Shown: one piece after another, positions 55,821 to 64,000 of the stretch | Layout of the letters: each line of letters begins with the position of its first letter | How positions within the stretch are numbered: position 1 is the stretch's first letter | DNA from: a virus | Lineage: Duplodnaviria > Caudoviricetes | Direction: 5' to 3' (one strand) | IMG/VR virus record: IMGVR_UViG_3300026085_000098 | Span: 9,707-73,706 of that record | DNA: 64,000 nucleotides | Notes under the pieces: generated by a model | Seen by the model: the letters and a program-made list of their open reading frames with translations, nothing else | What the model was told of the DNA's origin: nothing | The model's database searches: none | Made by a program: the position numbers and the translations under genes

Positions 55821-55975
55821 GTGGCGAGTTTGAAGTATGGTCGGTGCAGGAACTTTTCGAATCTGAACTAGAGGGTATTGAAGAAATGCTAGAAGAAACA
55901 GACGACGAAACCATAAAGCTAATGCTCGAACAAACCAAGTTATACCTAGAGGCAAGGTTGAATGGATCTCTCTAG
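55817..55975 (+). CDS. 52-aa highly acidic protein
   Basis: Hand-translated [52 protein letters not shown]; ATGA overlap with ybaN. Not in ORF track. Confidence 0.7.
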   Translation: MSGEFEVWSVQELFESELEGIEEMLEETDDETIKLMLEQTKLYLEARLNGSL

Positions 55976-56609
55976 ATTAAAAGCACAAGTACAGGCTTAC
56001 GACGACAAATACAATAGCACCCATTGGGTATATCAAGGTACATTAAACGACATTAGTATCTTTGACCCTTTTTCCCACACAGACCTTGCCGGTATGGATT
56101 TTTTAGAAGACTGGCAAAAAGGAACATTGTTGCGTAAAATGGTCAAGCAATATAAATTATGGCTAGATCTAAAACAAGGAAAAACATTCTTTGGTAATTG
56201 TGTAATAGTCTTATGGGATGACATGCCTTTTCTAGCACCTGGTGGTAATAGAGCAATGTTTGCAAGTCAGTACCCTGATATGCCTTGCCTATACATCCTG
56301 CAGGATTACACAGGACTAGCACAAAATTTTAATGCACCTTTAAAACGTTTGGTAGATAGTGAATTTCCTATACATGACAATTTTAAAACACCTATAGTCA
56401 ACACAAAAACAAGGAACGGAGAACAGAGAATCTTGCTAGACTGGGAGCAATTTGATTGGCAAGAAGAACTTTATGAGGAAGCAGTAACTATGAGTTACAA
56501 TCCACAAGTGATTGAATATGAAGATAGATTTGAGTGTGAAGTTGAAGGTGTTGCGTTTCTTACTTTTTGGAAACTACCAGGAGGTTTAGTACGTCCTGAA
56601 TTTGGTTGA
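55962..56609 (+). CDS. Hypothetical protein
   Basis: ORF track; LAPGGNRAMF motif. Confidence 0.6.
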   Translation: MDLSRLKAQVQAYDDKYNSTHWVYQGTLNDISIFDPFSHTDLAGMDFLEDWQKGTLLRKMVKQYKLWLDLKQGKTFFGNCVIVLWDDMPFLAPGGNRAMFASQYPDMPCLYILQDYTGLAQNFNAPLKRLVDSEFPIHDNFKTPIVNTKTRNGEQRILLDWEQFDWQEELYEEAVTMSYNPQVIEYEDRFECEVEGVAFLTFWKLPGGLVRPEFG

Positions 56610-56648
56610 GAGGATAACAAATGCTATCCTCTCAGTTCGTGTGTATGA

Positions 56649-56879
56649 TTACTTACGCTGCCAAATTGCGTATAGTACCCAGATTGCAATCAACCCCATT
56701 AGGCCTTCTGCACCAAGTGTACCGAGCATTGCGCTTACATTTGCAACAACGCTTACTTCTGGGAAGAATGGAATAGCACCTACGCCTAGTACTTCTACAA
56801 TGATCATCAATGCTGCAAGGCTTACACCTAGTTCTGCTAGAGCGCCTGCCCATCCTTTTACTTTATTTAAGATATCCAT
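56649..56879 (-). CDS. Small two-TM membrane protein
   Basis: Strong SD AAGGAG; two hydrophobic helices. Confidence 0.75.
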   Translation of the reverse strand: MDILNKVKGWAGALAELGVSLAALMIIVEVLGVGAIPFFPEVSVVANVSAMLGTLGAEGLMGLIAIWVLYAIWQRK

Positions 56880-57035
56880 ATGTTATCTCCTTCTTGTTGG
56901 CTACAATCAGCATTTTCTTGCTGATGTAAGTTTACTTAATTAACAAAATGTAACAATTATGTTATGCTTTTTGAATTAACACTACACTAAATTACCCAAT
57001 TCTGTTGTAAAAGTAGCACATAATTGCCATCTTTT

Positions 57036-57545
57036 TTATAGCCATTGCTGCCAACTAGGGTGCTTAACTTGAAAATCTAACTGTTTGCGTTTTGATACTA
57101 GTTCATAGTAATCGGGTTCATATGGTTTGATTTTTGGTTTCATGATTGTTTTATTGCTCTTTTGAGTGTTACATTTTTGACATGCTGCAACAATATTTTC
57201 CCATTTTGTTCTGCCTCCTTTTGAAAGAGGTATTACGTGATCTAGTGTGAGATCCTTGCGAGCAAATTGATTAGAACAGTATTGACAATGGTAAAGATCA
57301 CGTATGTATAAATTTGTTTTACTAAACCTAGGCCGTCGCCGTCGCCGCATAAATTCTTTTAACATGATAACACTGGGTACACGAGTTTCCCAATTTGCAC
57401 TGCTCACAACCCAATCGTCGTACCAATCAAGCACAGTACATTTATCTAGATACATGTAGGTGATTGCTTCTTTCCACTGAATAGCGGACAAAGGTAGATA
57501 ACTCACAGGTTGTGCATCGGCGTTCAACATTAATACGTCAGACAC
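57036..57545 (-). CDS. HNH endonuclease (McrA-like)
   Basis: Likely GTG start at 57545 after AGGAG; VLMLNAD, RD..CQYC, TLDHVIP.SKGG, WENIVAAC.KCN.QK. Confidence 0.9.
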   Translation of the reverse strand: MSDVLMLNADAQPVSYLPLSAIQWKEAITYMYLDKCTVLDWYDDWVVSSANWETRVPSVIMLKEFMRRRRRPRFSKTNLYIRDLYHCQYCSNQFARKDLTLDHVIPLSKGGRTKWENIVAACQKCNTQKSNKTIMKPKIKPYEPDYYELVSKRKQLDFQVKHPSWQQWL

Positions 57546-57572
57546 TGTTTTTATTCTCCTAATCAATTTTAT

Positions 57573-58337
57573 TTATAATTGTGCTTTCAGTTGTTCTGCT
57601 AAAAGTTCTGCTGCATTCCTTGCAGTGTTTATCCCTGTATGGCCACTAGGACCCTCATCTCTTGATGCTTCAACGTCTCTAGCCCTATCTACTTTTTCAA
57701 CCATAGGAATGTCAGGAACAAGTTGTGTTGTGCGCTGGAACCATGTGCATTCTGCATAGGCTGTAACTGACTTCCACATCAGTCTATCTGTTTCGATATA
57801 AAACTTACTGCGGTTGTGCCAATATGCCTGTGCGTTAAATCTTCTATTGCGATAATAATGGTCATCCATGGGGTGCAATGATATACCCTCTCCGCTATCT
57901 TGTAAAAAAGTATACCTATCAACATTGGTCCAACAGTGTACAATAGATTTAGGCACAGGATAGTTTTTGCGAAGTATTGTACTATTCCAACAGTTATGAT
58001 CAACTGCACTGCCGCACACACCTAGATTGATTACAGGTATATCAATAATTGCTTCTAGTTGCTTTGCTACAGTGTCTTCTTCTGCTAGTCCTTCTCCGTA
58101 GGTATAGGAACACCCAAACATTACAATTGAGTCTGGCCAATATACGTCATTTAATTCTTGTGTTCTAAAACCTTGACTGTTGTGTTTATAGCGAATAGGC
58201 TTGGTATGATAAATCCAATCACTAGGCAAAGCTTTACGATTACGTTTAAATTTCTCTTCTGTGTCGCCAGAGAAAAAAGGCTCATCAATATAGGGCTCTT
58301 GGAAAAGAGACATTAAAGAATCTGTTAACATAGCCAT
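57573..58337 (-). CDS. SGNH/GDSL hydrolase-like protein
   Basis: NSQGFR, FGCSYTYGEGL, VINLGVCG, GHTG; start near 58337/58331 at a TATAAATA promoter. Confidence 0.7.
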   Translation of the reverse strand: MAMLTDSLMSLFQEPYIDEPFFSGDTEEKFKRNRKALPSDWIYHTKPIRYKHNSQGFRTQELNDVYWPDSIVMFGCSYTYGEGLAEEDTVAKQLEAIIDIPVINLGVCGSAVDHNCWNSTILRKNYPVPKSIVHCWTNVDRYTFLQDSGEGISLHPMDDHYYRNRRFNAQAYWHNRSKFYIETDRLMWKSVTAYAECTWFQRTTQLVPDIPMVEKVDRARDVEASRDEGPSGHTGINTARNAAELLAEQLKAQL

Positions 58338-58339
58338 AT

Positions 58340-58549
58340 TTATAGCGTGGTTTTTTCCTGTGCCACACAAACGGCTTGCATACCATATGGAAAGTATCCA
58401 CCTTGGCCGCCTACATCTTGACTGAGTACTTCTCTTGCTCGAAAGCATTCATACATATCTGGAAACGTATGACCAGGACCATATGCATTCACAGCATATA
58501 CGTCCTGTCCTTGTATCATAATATAGACCAATGTCCAAACTACGTTCAC
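58340..58549 (-). CDS. Small exported protein with a Cys pair
   Basis: VWTLVYI, FPDMYEC, MQAVC. Confidence 0.6.
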   Translation of the reverse strand: MNVVWTLVYIMIQGQDVYAVNAYGPGHTFPDMYECFRAREVLSQDVGGQGGYFPYGMQAVCVAQEKTTL

Positions 58550-58803
58550 GCTTTTTCACCTTTTTTTACTTCGCCCTGGTATTCTTCTAGTATCTCATTT
58601 ATTTTATCTTCTTGCAAACAATTCACTGCCATTATTGGCATAGGTTTCTTGTATTCCATAACTAGTTTTTGGATATACTTTTTTTGATCTTCTTTGTTGT
58701 AAACACTGGCCATACACTCATCTCTAGTGTCAAATGTAGGGTCTGTGAAAATGTAAACATCACCTGCCATGGTTTGAAACAAAACTACGATTAACCACTT
58801 CAT
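58546..58803 (-). CDS. Small exported protein with a Cys pair
   Basis: MKWLIVV, FDTRDEC, MAVNC. Confidence 0.65.
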   Translation of the reverse strand: MKWLIVVLFQTMAGDVYIFTDPTFDTRDECMASVYNKEDQKKYIQKLVMEYKKPMPIMAVNCLQEDKINEILEEYQGEVKKGEKA

Positions 58804-59168
58804 CCTTTTTCTCCCTCTTTAGGCTCTTCATCCCAAGGCTGTTTACCCCCATAGGGTGCAAAGTCTCTGCCTGACTGCATTAGACATGCTACACCATCAC
58901 CATAGATGTTGATAATACTATAGGTTCCTGTGTCTTGATTAACAAAGAAAAACATACCGCCAGTAAATGGTTGTCCATTGGCAGTTGCAAATTGCAATCC
59001 TGTGCCTGTGAAAAGCATTGCTTCTTTGTATTTTTTGGGAGTGTTCATTACATCTTCCCATGGTCCACAAAACTGTGTTGTGATGAACATTTTATCTTGG
59101 CTTTGAGCGACTGCCATAGCCGCAGAAACTAGCAAGATAAAACATGCTGTTGCGGCTATTTTTAACAT
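58800..59168 (-). CDS. Secreted/periplasmic protein
   Basis: Signal peptide ending AMAVA; Cys pair (QFCG, VACL). Confidence 0.6.
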   Translation of the reverse strand: MLKIAATACFILLVSAAMAVAQSQDKMFITTQFCGPWEDVMNTPKKYKEAMLFTGTGLQFATANGQPFTGGMFFFVNQDTGTYSIINIYGDGVACLMQSGRDFAPYGGKQPWDEEPKEGEKG

Positions 59169-59179
59169 GATCGTCTCTC

Positions 59180-59737
59180 CTAAATAAACTTGGCGAACAT
59201 TTTATTCCCTATTAATTCTATAGCACGATACCATTGAGCATCTCCGCTCATAGTCAAAACTTGATCTAGTTCTAAATCTCCTAATAACCAAAAACCTCGT
59301 TTGAATTCACTATCTAATTGTCCAGGACCCCATACACTAGCCCCTGTCGTCAATCTAAAGTACGCAGGTTGTTCTCCTGATGCTAGTCTATGTATCATCT
59401 CCGTGTCTGAGGATATGTCTAAAGCGGCTTGTGTATGAAATGTGTTTTGACTTTGAAAGTCTGGAGTATGAACGAGACTTACCGCGTTCTCGTTCACAGG
59501 CCCTCCTCGAAAAACCTTAATATCATCATACCCACAGTTTACACCAACCTGTGCAGCCATATGCCTAAGAGTAATAGGGGTAGGTTCATTTAGAGCAACG
59601 CCTGCTGTACCTTGAGGCCCGTCCTCGTAAATATATACAACACTTTTAGAGAAAAATCCCTGTTGTATATTAGGACGAGCAACTAAAAATTTTCCAACTC
59701 TATTGGAACTAACTCCAATCTGGAAGCGGCCCACCAT
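59180..59737 (-). CDS. yqgE: YqgE/AlgH (DUF179) family protein
   Basis: FSKSVVYI, GTAGVALNEP, VFRGGPV, GASVWGPGQLDSE. Confidence 0.85.
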   Translation of the reverse strand: MVGRFQIGVSSNRVGKFLVARPNIQQGFFSKSVVYIYEDGPQGTAGVALNEPTPITLRHMAAQVGVNCGYDDIKVFRGGPVNENAVSLVHTPDFQSQNTFHTQAALDISSDTEMIHRLASGEQPAYFRLTTGASVWGPGQLDSEFKRGFWLLGDLELDQVLTMSGDAQWYRAIELIGNKMFAKFI

Positions 59738-59951
59738 GCGCTTTACCTTTTATTTTCTTACCGCCAACTTTTACTCTACGTTTTCCAATCTTGTGGCTTT
59801 TATTCCCTGACCGTGCCATAAGACCTTTGCTCTTGCAACTTGCTCTTGCACTAGCACCGATGTCGCTTTTCTTTTTGCAGGTACTGGCTTTTGCCCCTGT
59901 AAACAATTCATCAAGGTCTTTGTCGTCTAATAAGAGTTGTTCTATTCTCAT
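59709..59951 (-). CDS. Small basic putative internal virion protein
   Basis: MRIEQLL; K/G-rich; GGPLPDWS; late promoter at 59957-59964. Confidence 0.6.
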   Translation of the reverse strand: MRIEQLLLDDKDLDELFTGAKASTCKKKSDIGASARASCKSKGLMARSGNKSHKIGKRRVKVGGKKIKGKAHGGPLPDWS

Positions 59952-59959
59952 GCAATTAT

Positions 59960-60190
59960 TTATCGGTAATTGCTGTCAAATTCTCTAGGTGCTGGTATTG
60001 AGAACGTAAGAGCGTTTCGTGGTCCTTTTGTTGTTCCTAAACTGATTATTCCTGATTTTTCGTGATATTCGATTTTTGTAATTTCTGCTGGTTCTTTCTT
60101 TTTGCCAACAAGAATGGTTTGCCCTAGTTCTAAGTCTAGGGAAATTGAACGTAATTTACTCATTTTAGGATACTCCGTTTTAGGTGACAA
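59960..60190 (-). CDS. Hypothetical protein
   Basis: Late promoter TATAAATA at 60203-60210. Confidence 0.55.
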   Translation of the reverse strand: MSPKTEYPKMSKLRSISLDLELGQTILVGKKKEPAEITKIEYHEKSGIISLGTTKGPRNALTFSIPAPREFDSNYR

Positions 60191-60220
60191 TCGTCACACA
60201 AATATTTATATAAGTACAGT

Positions 60221-60754
60221 ATGTCAGAAAAAGGTTTATATTTTATCAGCAAACAAAAGCTTACCTACGGGCGTTGGCGAGCAAAAGACGCAGAACGAGG
60301 TTTGATAGTTGACAGTCGCGATCGTCTAGTAGCAGTTGTACCTAAAAAACAACCTACCATTACAGTTGATTCAGCCATACGCATTGGAGGTAACACATCA
60401 CCTTGGCCTGACCTATCAGAAGAATGGATCTATGACGATGAACACGAAGGCAACGTGGCTCTAATTGCTTGTGCTCCTGAACTCCTAGCCGCACTCAAAG
60501 AGGCGGCGTATCACTTGGATCGAGCGGGCATACCTTTGCATGACGAGTATTATGACCTAATCAATCGTGCTAGTACTGGTGTTGCTGAAATTCGTGCAAT
60601 CTCGCCTGGTCACGCTCCCGCTGCGGCCAACCCTCAATCTGCTGAATGTTCCACCAATCACGCTCCAACACCTGACGATTGTGCTCAAGAACGTGCAAAT
60701 GACGGAAACGCCAAGCAATCCGTTCACGATGGTTCATACGAGAGAGATCTCTAA
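60221..60754 (+). CDS. Hypothetical phage protein (ALIACAPELLAAL motif)
   Basis: TATAAGTA 4 nt upstream; 3' end overlaps the opposite-strand ORF. Confidence 0.55.
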   Translation: MSEKGLYFISKQKLTYGRWRAKDAERGLIVDSRDRLVAVVPKKQPTITVDSAIRIGGNTSPWPDLSEEWIYDDEHEGNVALIACAPELLAALKEAAYHLDRAGIPLHDEYYDLINRASTGVAEIRAISPGHAPAAANPQSAECSTNHAPTPDDCAQERANDGNAKQSVHDGSYERDL

Positions 60755-61865
60755 CTAGATCACGTAGGCTGTTGATCATAAGGGCTGTACGACGATAGGG
60801 ATTGGGTTCCCAGTCCCATGACATGTCTCCAAAGTAGTCTTCATAGGTTCTAAAGCCCAGTTCTCTTATGCGATGATTAACACCTGGTGCACCTTGTATA
60901 ACACAAGGCAAGAAGTAGTACATAGGATAGTAGGTTTTCTCTGAGTAGGTCACTGCTTGATCAAGATGGTCAACCGGATGTGGTTCTGAGTCTACTCTAG
61001 TTTCCTGTACGATTTGAAAACACGCTCGTCTTGCGTTTGAGCGTTGATCGTGATAGGTCCATAGTTCGTTAAAGTCGTGTTGATCTATGGTTCTTGGTAG
61101 ACTTTTGCGCCAACGCTTGTACTGTTTGTTTATCTTGTCTCCAGGTACTCTTACTACATCCCAAACTGCTGCGTTCATTTCTATATAGTCTAGAGGCTCG
61201 TGTACATAACCATGTGAGTATAACAGTGACTCACCATAGGTACGCTGTGCAAAAAACGTAGCAAATTGACGCAAGGGTCTGGTTATGCGACTCTGCATCA
61301 GCACAGGATGTGTTGGCGTGCAACGATTGCAAGCACTCGCAAGAGTTTCTTCTCCGCCTAGGTTTTGTATGGTTCCTGTTACCAGTGGTATGCAAGCCTG
61401 TAGTACCAGCACCTGTACATAAAAACCTGTAGAGTGGTAGTATCTATCTCTGTTTGCATAGTCTTCTAGGTTGCCTGATAGATATAGCACGTTGCGTTCG
61501 GGTATGCCCCAACGTTCACATGACTGTTGAATCATTTCAAAATGATTGTTGCGCCACTCTGTGGGAACAAAACCTTCGTCTGATCTGTCCCATACCACAA
61601 GGTGCGATCCCTGTCGAGCAAGATCTACTAGCCTAGGATCCAGTCGACCAAACAAATCAAAACCCACAAATCCTTCTCGTGGATACTGCACATTGTACTG
61701 TGAGAATGAACGGTATGGCCACCCATCTGTGCGACTCCACAACCAGTTTTCGTGGACACTTACACCAAACTCTGTGGGTATAAAGTATTCCCATGGACGT
61801 CTCGGTCCCTGCGAGTGTTCTGCCCTCACATCATAGATGTATTTCACTCTGAGAATAGATCCCAA
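60570..61865 (-). CDS. Glycosyltransferase-like phage family protein
   Basis: FQIVQET...YSEKTYYP...PC.I.G..G...RELGFRTY; paralog of 17697-18653. Confidence 0.6.
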   Translation of the reverse strand: MGSILRVKYIYDVRAEHSQGPRRPWEYFIPTEFGVSVHENWLWSRTDGWPYRSFSQYNVQYPREGFVGFDLFGRLDPRLVDLARQGSHLVVWDRSDEGFVPTEWRNNHFEMIQQSCERWGIPERNVLYLSGNLEDYANRDRYYHSTGFYVQVLVLQACIPLVTGTIQNLGGEETLASACNRCTPTHPVLMQSRITRPLRQFATFFAQRTYGESLLYSHGYVHEPLDYIEMNAAVWDVVRVPGDKINKQYKRWRKSLPRTIDQHDFNELWTYHDQRSNARRACFQIVQETRVDSEPHPVDHLDQAVTYSEKTYYPMYYFLPCVIQGAPGVNHRIRELGFRTYEDYFGDMSWDWEPNPYRRTALMINSLRDLVRDLSRMNHRERIAWRFRHLHVLEHNRQVLERDWWNIQQIEGWPQRERDQARLHEFQQHQY

Positions 61866-62200
61866 TCTTCTGAGTCATCGTCTGACCAATCTGCATCGTC
61901 ACTCCATACAGTGCCGTCTTGAGGAGCAAGCAGAGGATCTGAATCAGGCAAAGGAATGATCAACTGTTTCTCGTCCCAATACTGCCAAAATGCAGTTTCT
62001 ATGCTCGCATACAACTCAACCAGTTCTGAGTCTGGCATATGTGCAACTCCCACAAACCCTGTGTGATACCAATCCCATATGCGACTGTAGTTGCCCTCGT
62101 TACAGTCATACCATGCTCGTGTGCATACTGTGCTTGATACACGATATTCTACAAGTTCTCTAGTCAGACGTTCTGCGGTGTGTTTACAAATGATATCCAT
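61844..62200 (-). CDS. Acidic hypothetical protein
   Basis: SD AGGAG; late promoter at 62219-62226. Confidence 0.65.
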   Translation of the reverse strand: MDIICKHTAERLTRELVEYRVSSTVCTRAWYDCNEGNYSRIWDWYHTGFVGVAHMPDSELVELYASIETAFWQYWDEKQLIIPLPDSDPLLAPQDGTVWSDDADWSDDDSEDWDLFSE

Positions 62201-62272
62201 GTTGTGTTCTCCTACAGTTATTTATCGCCAGACTCTAAATAAAACACCCAGTTTTTGAGTATAAATACTACC

Positions 62273-63154
62273 ATGAACTACATTGCACAAGATAGACGTT
62301 CCATGTATGCACCTATGGAAAACCGTATGACTGTGGAAGATCCCTTTAGTTCGCTAATGCTCATAGACATCATGGCTACAGAACTATGTAATTTAACCTG
62401 TGAGTTTTGTCCTAGAGCACACGGCTATCCAAACCAAAACCTACATATGGATTTGAGTATCGTAGACCGAGTCAGCAGAGATCTAGCCAACAGTCATTAT
62501 CAAAACAGAATACTATACTGCGGCTTTGGCGAAAGTTTGTTGTACCGAGATCTTACGGCGAGCATACGTCTATTCAAACGTCATATGCCTTGGCAGGAAA
62601 ACATACACCTAGTAACCAACGGTGATAGGCTTACACTGGCGAAGATGCAGGAATTGCGAGATGCAGGTGTAAACAAGTTCTTTGTATCAATGTATGATGG
62701 TGCACACCAAGAAGATCATTTTCGAGAACTTTTTGAACGTGCAGGTGTTGACGTCTCATGTTACATACTTCAGCACTACTACAAACCACCAGAAGAAAAC
62801 TATGGCTTTCTTTATCTAAGCAACAGAGCAGGTTATTTGTTTGAAGAAGAACAGGTCACGCTAGGTTGCAACATTCCATTCTATGCAATGAGTTTACATT
62901 GGAACGGAGATGTATTACTGTGTTCGCATGATTGGGAAAAGAAACAAGTGATGGGCAATGTAATGACCACGAGCATAGTAGACATTTGGTTACACTCAAA
63001 ACGTCTATGGGAGTTTAGACGTAAATTGGCCAAAGGTAGAACATGTGATCCTTGTAACCGTTGTAACATCAAAGGCGTACTATATGGAGATAGTTCACGA
63101 GAGACACTGATGGAGGCCCCGCTGTTGATTCCAACTGAACCGCACCTGAGTTAA
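62273..63154 (+). CDS. Radical SAM/SPASM domain enzyme
   Basis: CNLTCEFC, CGFGESL, LVTNGD, SMYDG, NRAG, SPASM C..P...WNGDVLLC..D...C..CNRC; start at 62273 after TATAAATA. Confidence 0.9.
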   Translation: MNYIAQDRRSMYAPMENRMTVEDPFSSLMLIDIMATELCNLTCEFCPRAHGYPNQNLHMDLSIVDRVSRDLANSHYQNRILYCGFGESLLYRDLTASIRLFKRHMPWQENIHLVTNGDRLTLAKMQELRDAGVNKFFVSMYDGAHQEDHFRELFERAGVDVSCYILQHYYKPPEENYGFLYLSNRAGYLFEEEQVTLGCNIPFYAMSLHWNGDVLLCSHDWEKKQVMGNVMTTSIVDIWLHSKRLWEFRRKLAKGRTCDPCNRCNIKGVLYGDSSRETLMEAPLLIPTEPHLS

Positions 63155-63190
63155 CTACACCACTGGCCCCGCTGTTGTATAAGTAGAACT

Positions 63191-63364
63191 ATGCAGAAAA
63201 CATACGATCTCCTAGACGAATGGGGCAACCTTGTACAAGAGAATCTTCCCACATACGAAGCAGCCTTTGACACTGCACTACACCTGAACCTCCGTGACTG
63301 GGACATAGTTGTTCGTGAAGTAAGTAGTGTACGAGGCTACGGGAGAGATCCTGATCTACACTAA
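63191..63364 (+). CDS. 57-aa hypothetical protein
   Basis: Hand-translated MQKTYDLLDEWGNL...RGYGRDPDLH; TATAAGTA at 63178-63185. Not in ORF track. Confidence 0.65.
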   Translation: MQKTYDLLDEWGNLVQENLPTYEAAFDTALHLNLRDWDIVVREVSSVRGYGRDPDLH

Positions 63365-64000
63365 GGGAACGGCAGTTCAAACTATAACAGTACTAGTAGT
63401 AAAGACTGTAGTAGTAGTGTAGTGGAAATATTCAACGCTATTAGAAGAGGTAGTTGAGAGATTGAGGAAGTATTTGAACTATGCCTGCCGCGACCTCAGC
63501 CAAAACTTTTTTCTAGCGTTATAAATCTTTGAAACTATTAGAGAAATTCACTTTTAACGTGAGATTCACCTGGTCAAACGGTGTCATTTGACGCTTCAAA
63601 CGGTATCGATTTCAATGGCTTACACGGTGATCCTCAGGTGGCCCCCCAGGGGCCTCACATGGGAATCATCACATTAAGTTCACCTGCTAACCGTTTGAAT
63701 TTTAAGAGAAAATCCTCTGCGGGGTCAGAAGGTTATTGTTTACTACTAGACTCTCTACTACTATAACTACACTGTGTAACTGTTTGAAAATGAAAGAAAA
63801 AACCTCGCCTCCGGCCCCTACTACTACTATAAGTTCAAGTTCATGTAGTACATTACTACTAGTATACAACTCATGCCTTTCTAAGTCTTTGTTTCTTTTG
63901 GATTCTTTTGGCTGCTAAGTGTTTGAAACTATTGGATTCTTTTTTTCATTTTCCAGTAAAATAAAGCTTGCGTATATGTGTAGTTGTGTTATAACAGTAG
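63365..64000. other. Long non-coding region with AGT/ACT triplet tracts, TTTGAA[A]CTAT repeats and nested inverted repeats
   Basis: No credible ORF; agtagtag tracts at 63390-63425, ctactact tracts at 63740-63865; stem ttcaaacggt/accgtttgaa (63595-63604/63690-63699). Confidence 0.6.

Noticed and set aside
57036-57545. HNH as an intron-encoded homing endonuclease
   Set aside because: Free-standing with its own SD and late promoter; no interrupted host gene or group I intron elements were seen.
63115-63177. 13-bp direct repeat ggccccgctgttg (63115 and 63165) as an att site
   Set aside because: Copies are only 50 bp apart with no integrase nearby; at most a small duplication scar.
1-64000. Stop-codon reassignment, as in some large phages
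   Set aside because: Conserved genes (nrdA, nrdB, hemA, pst) are full length under the standard bacterial code, and TAA, TAG and TGA all terminate genes.

Overview
This window is a gene-dense, AT-rich segment of a large lytic myovirus-like phage of the T4 superfamily, most likely infecting a marine alphaproteobacterium (Rhodobacterales-like). Phage evidence: more than 20 T4-type late promoters (consensus NTAA[A/G]TA), nrdA/nrdB/glutaredoxin, a PAAR spike tip, a block of about 22 kb of tail, fibre and baseplate genes (32.5-54 kb), and a block of small proteins with T4-like capsid-targeting N-termini (19-25 kb). Host evidence: a circularly permuted two-piece tmRNA (tag ANSNFAPSGYALAA), 5-aminolevulinate synthase, a Rhodobacter-type ATP synthase c subunit, DUF1127 and a porin-like protein. 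The most striking region is 26.3-31.6 kb. It holds a complete pstSCAB transporter without phoU/phoB, driven by a correctly spaced Pho box plus a phage late promoter. Divergent from it is an operon with a DUF1127 protein and a lone ATP synthase c subunit whose conserved R-N/Q-P F1-coupling loop is replaced by A-M-P. A zf-CHCC (NDUFS6-like) small protein lies two genes downstream of pstB. With hemA-ybaN and a possible cytochrome oxidase subunit IV-like peptide elsewhere, this suggests a phage module that rewires host phosphate uptake and bioenergetics. Several real ORFs under 60 aa are absent from the supplied ORF track and were translated by hand. All family calls come from motif recognition by eye; no database searches were run.
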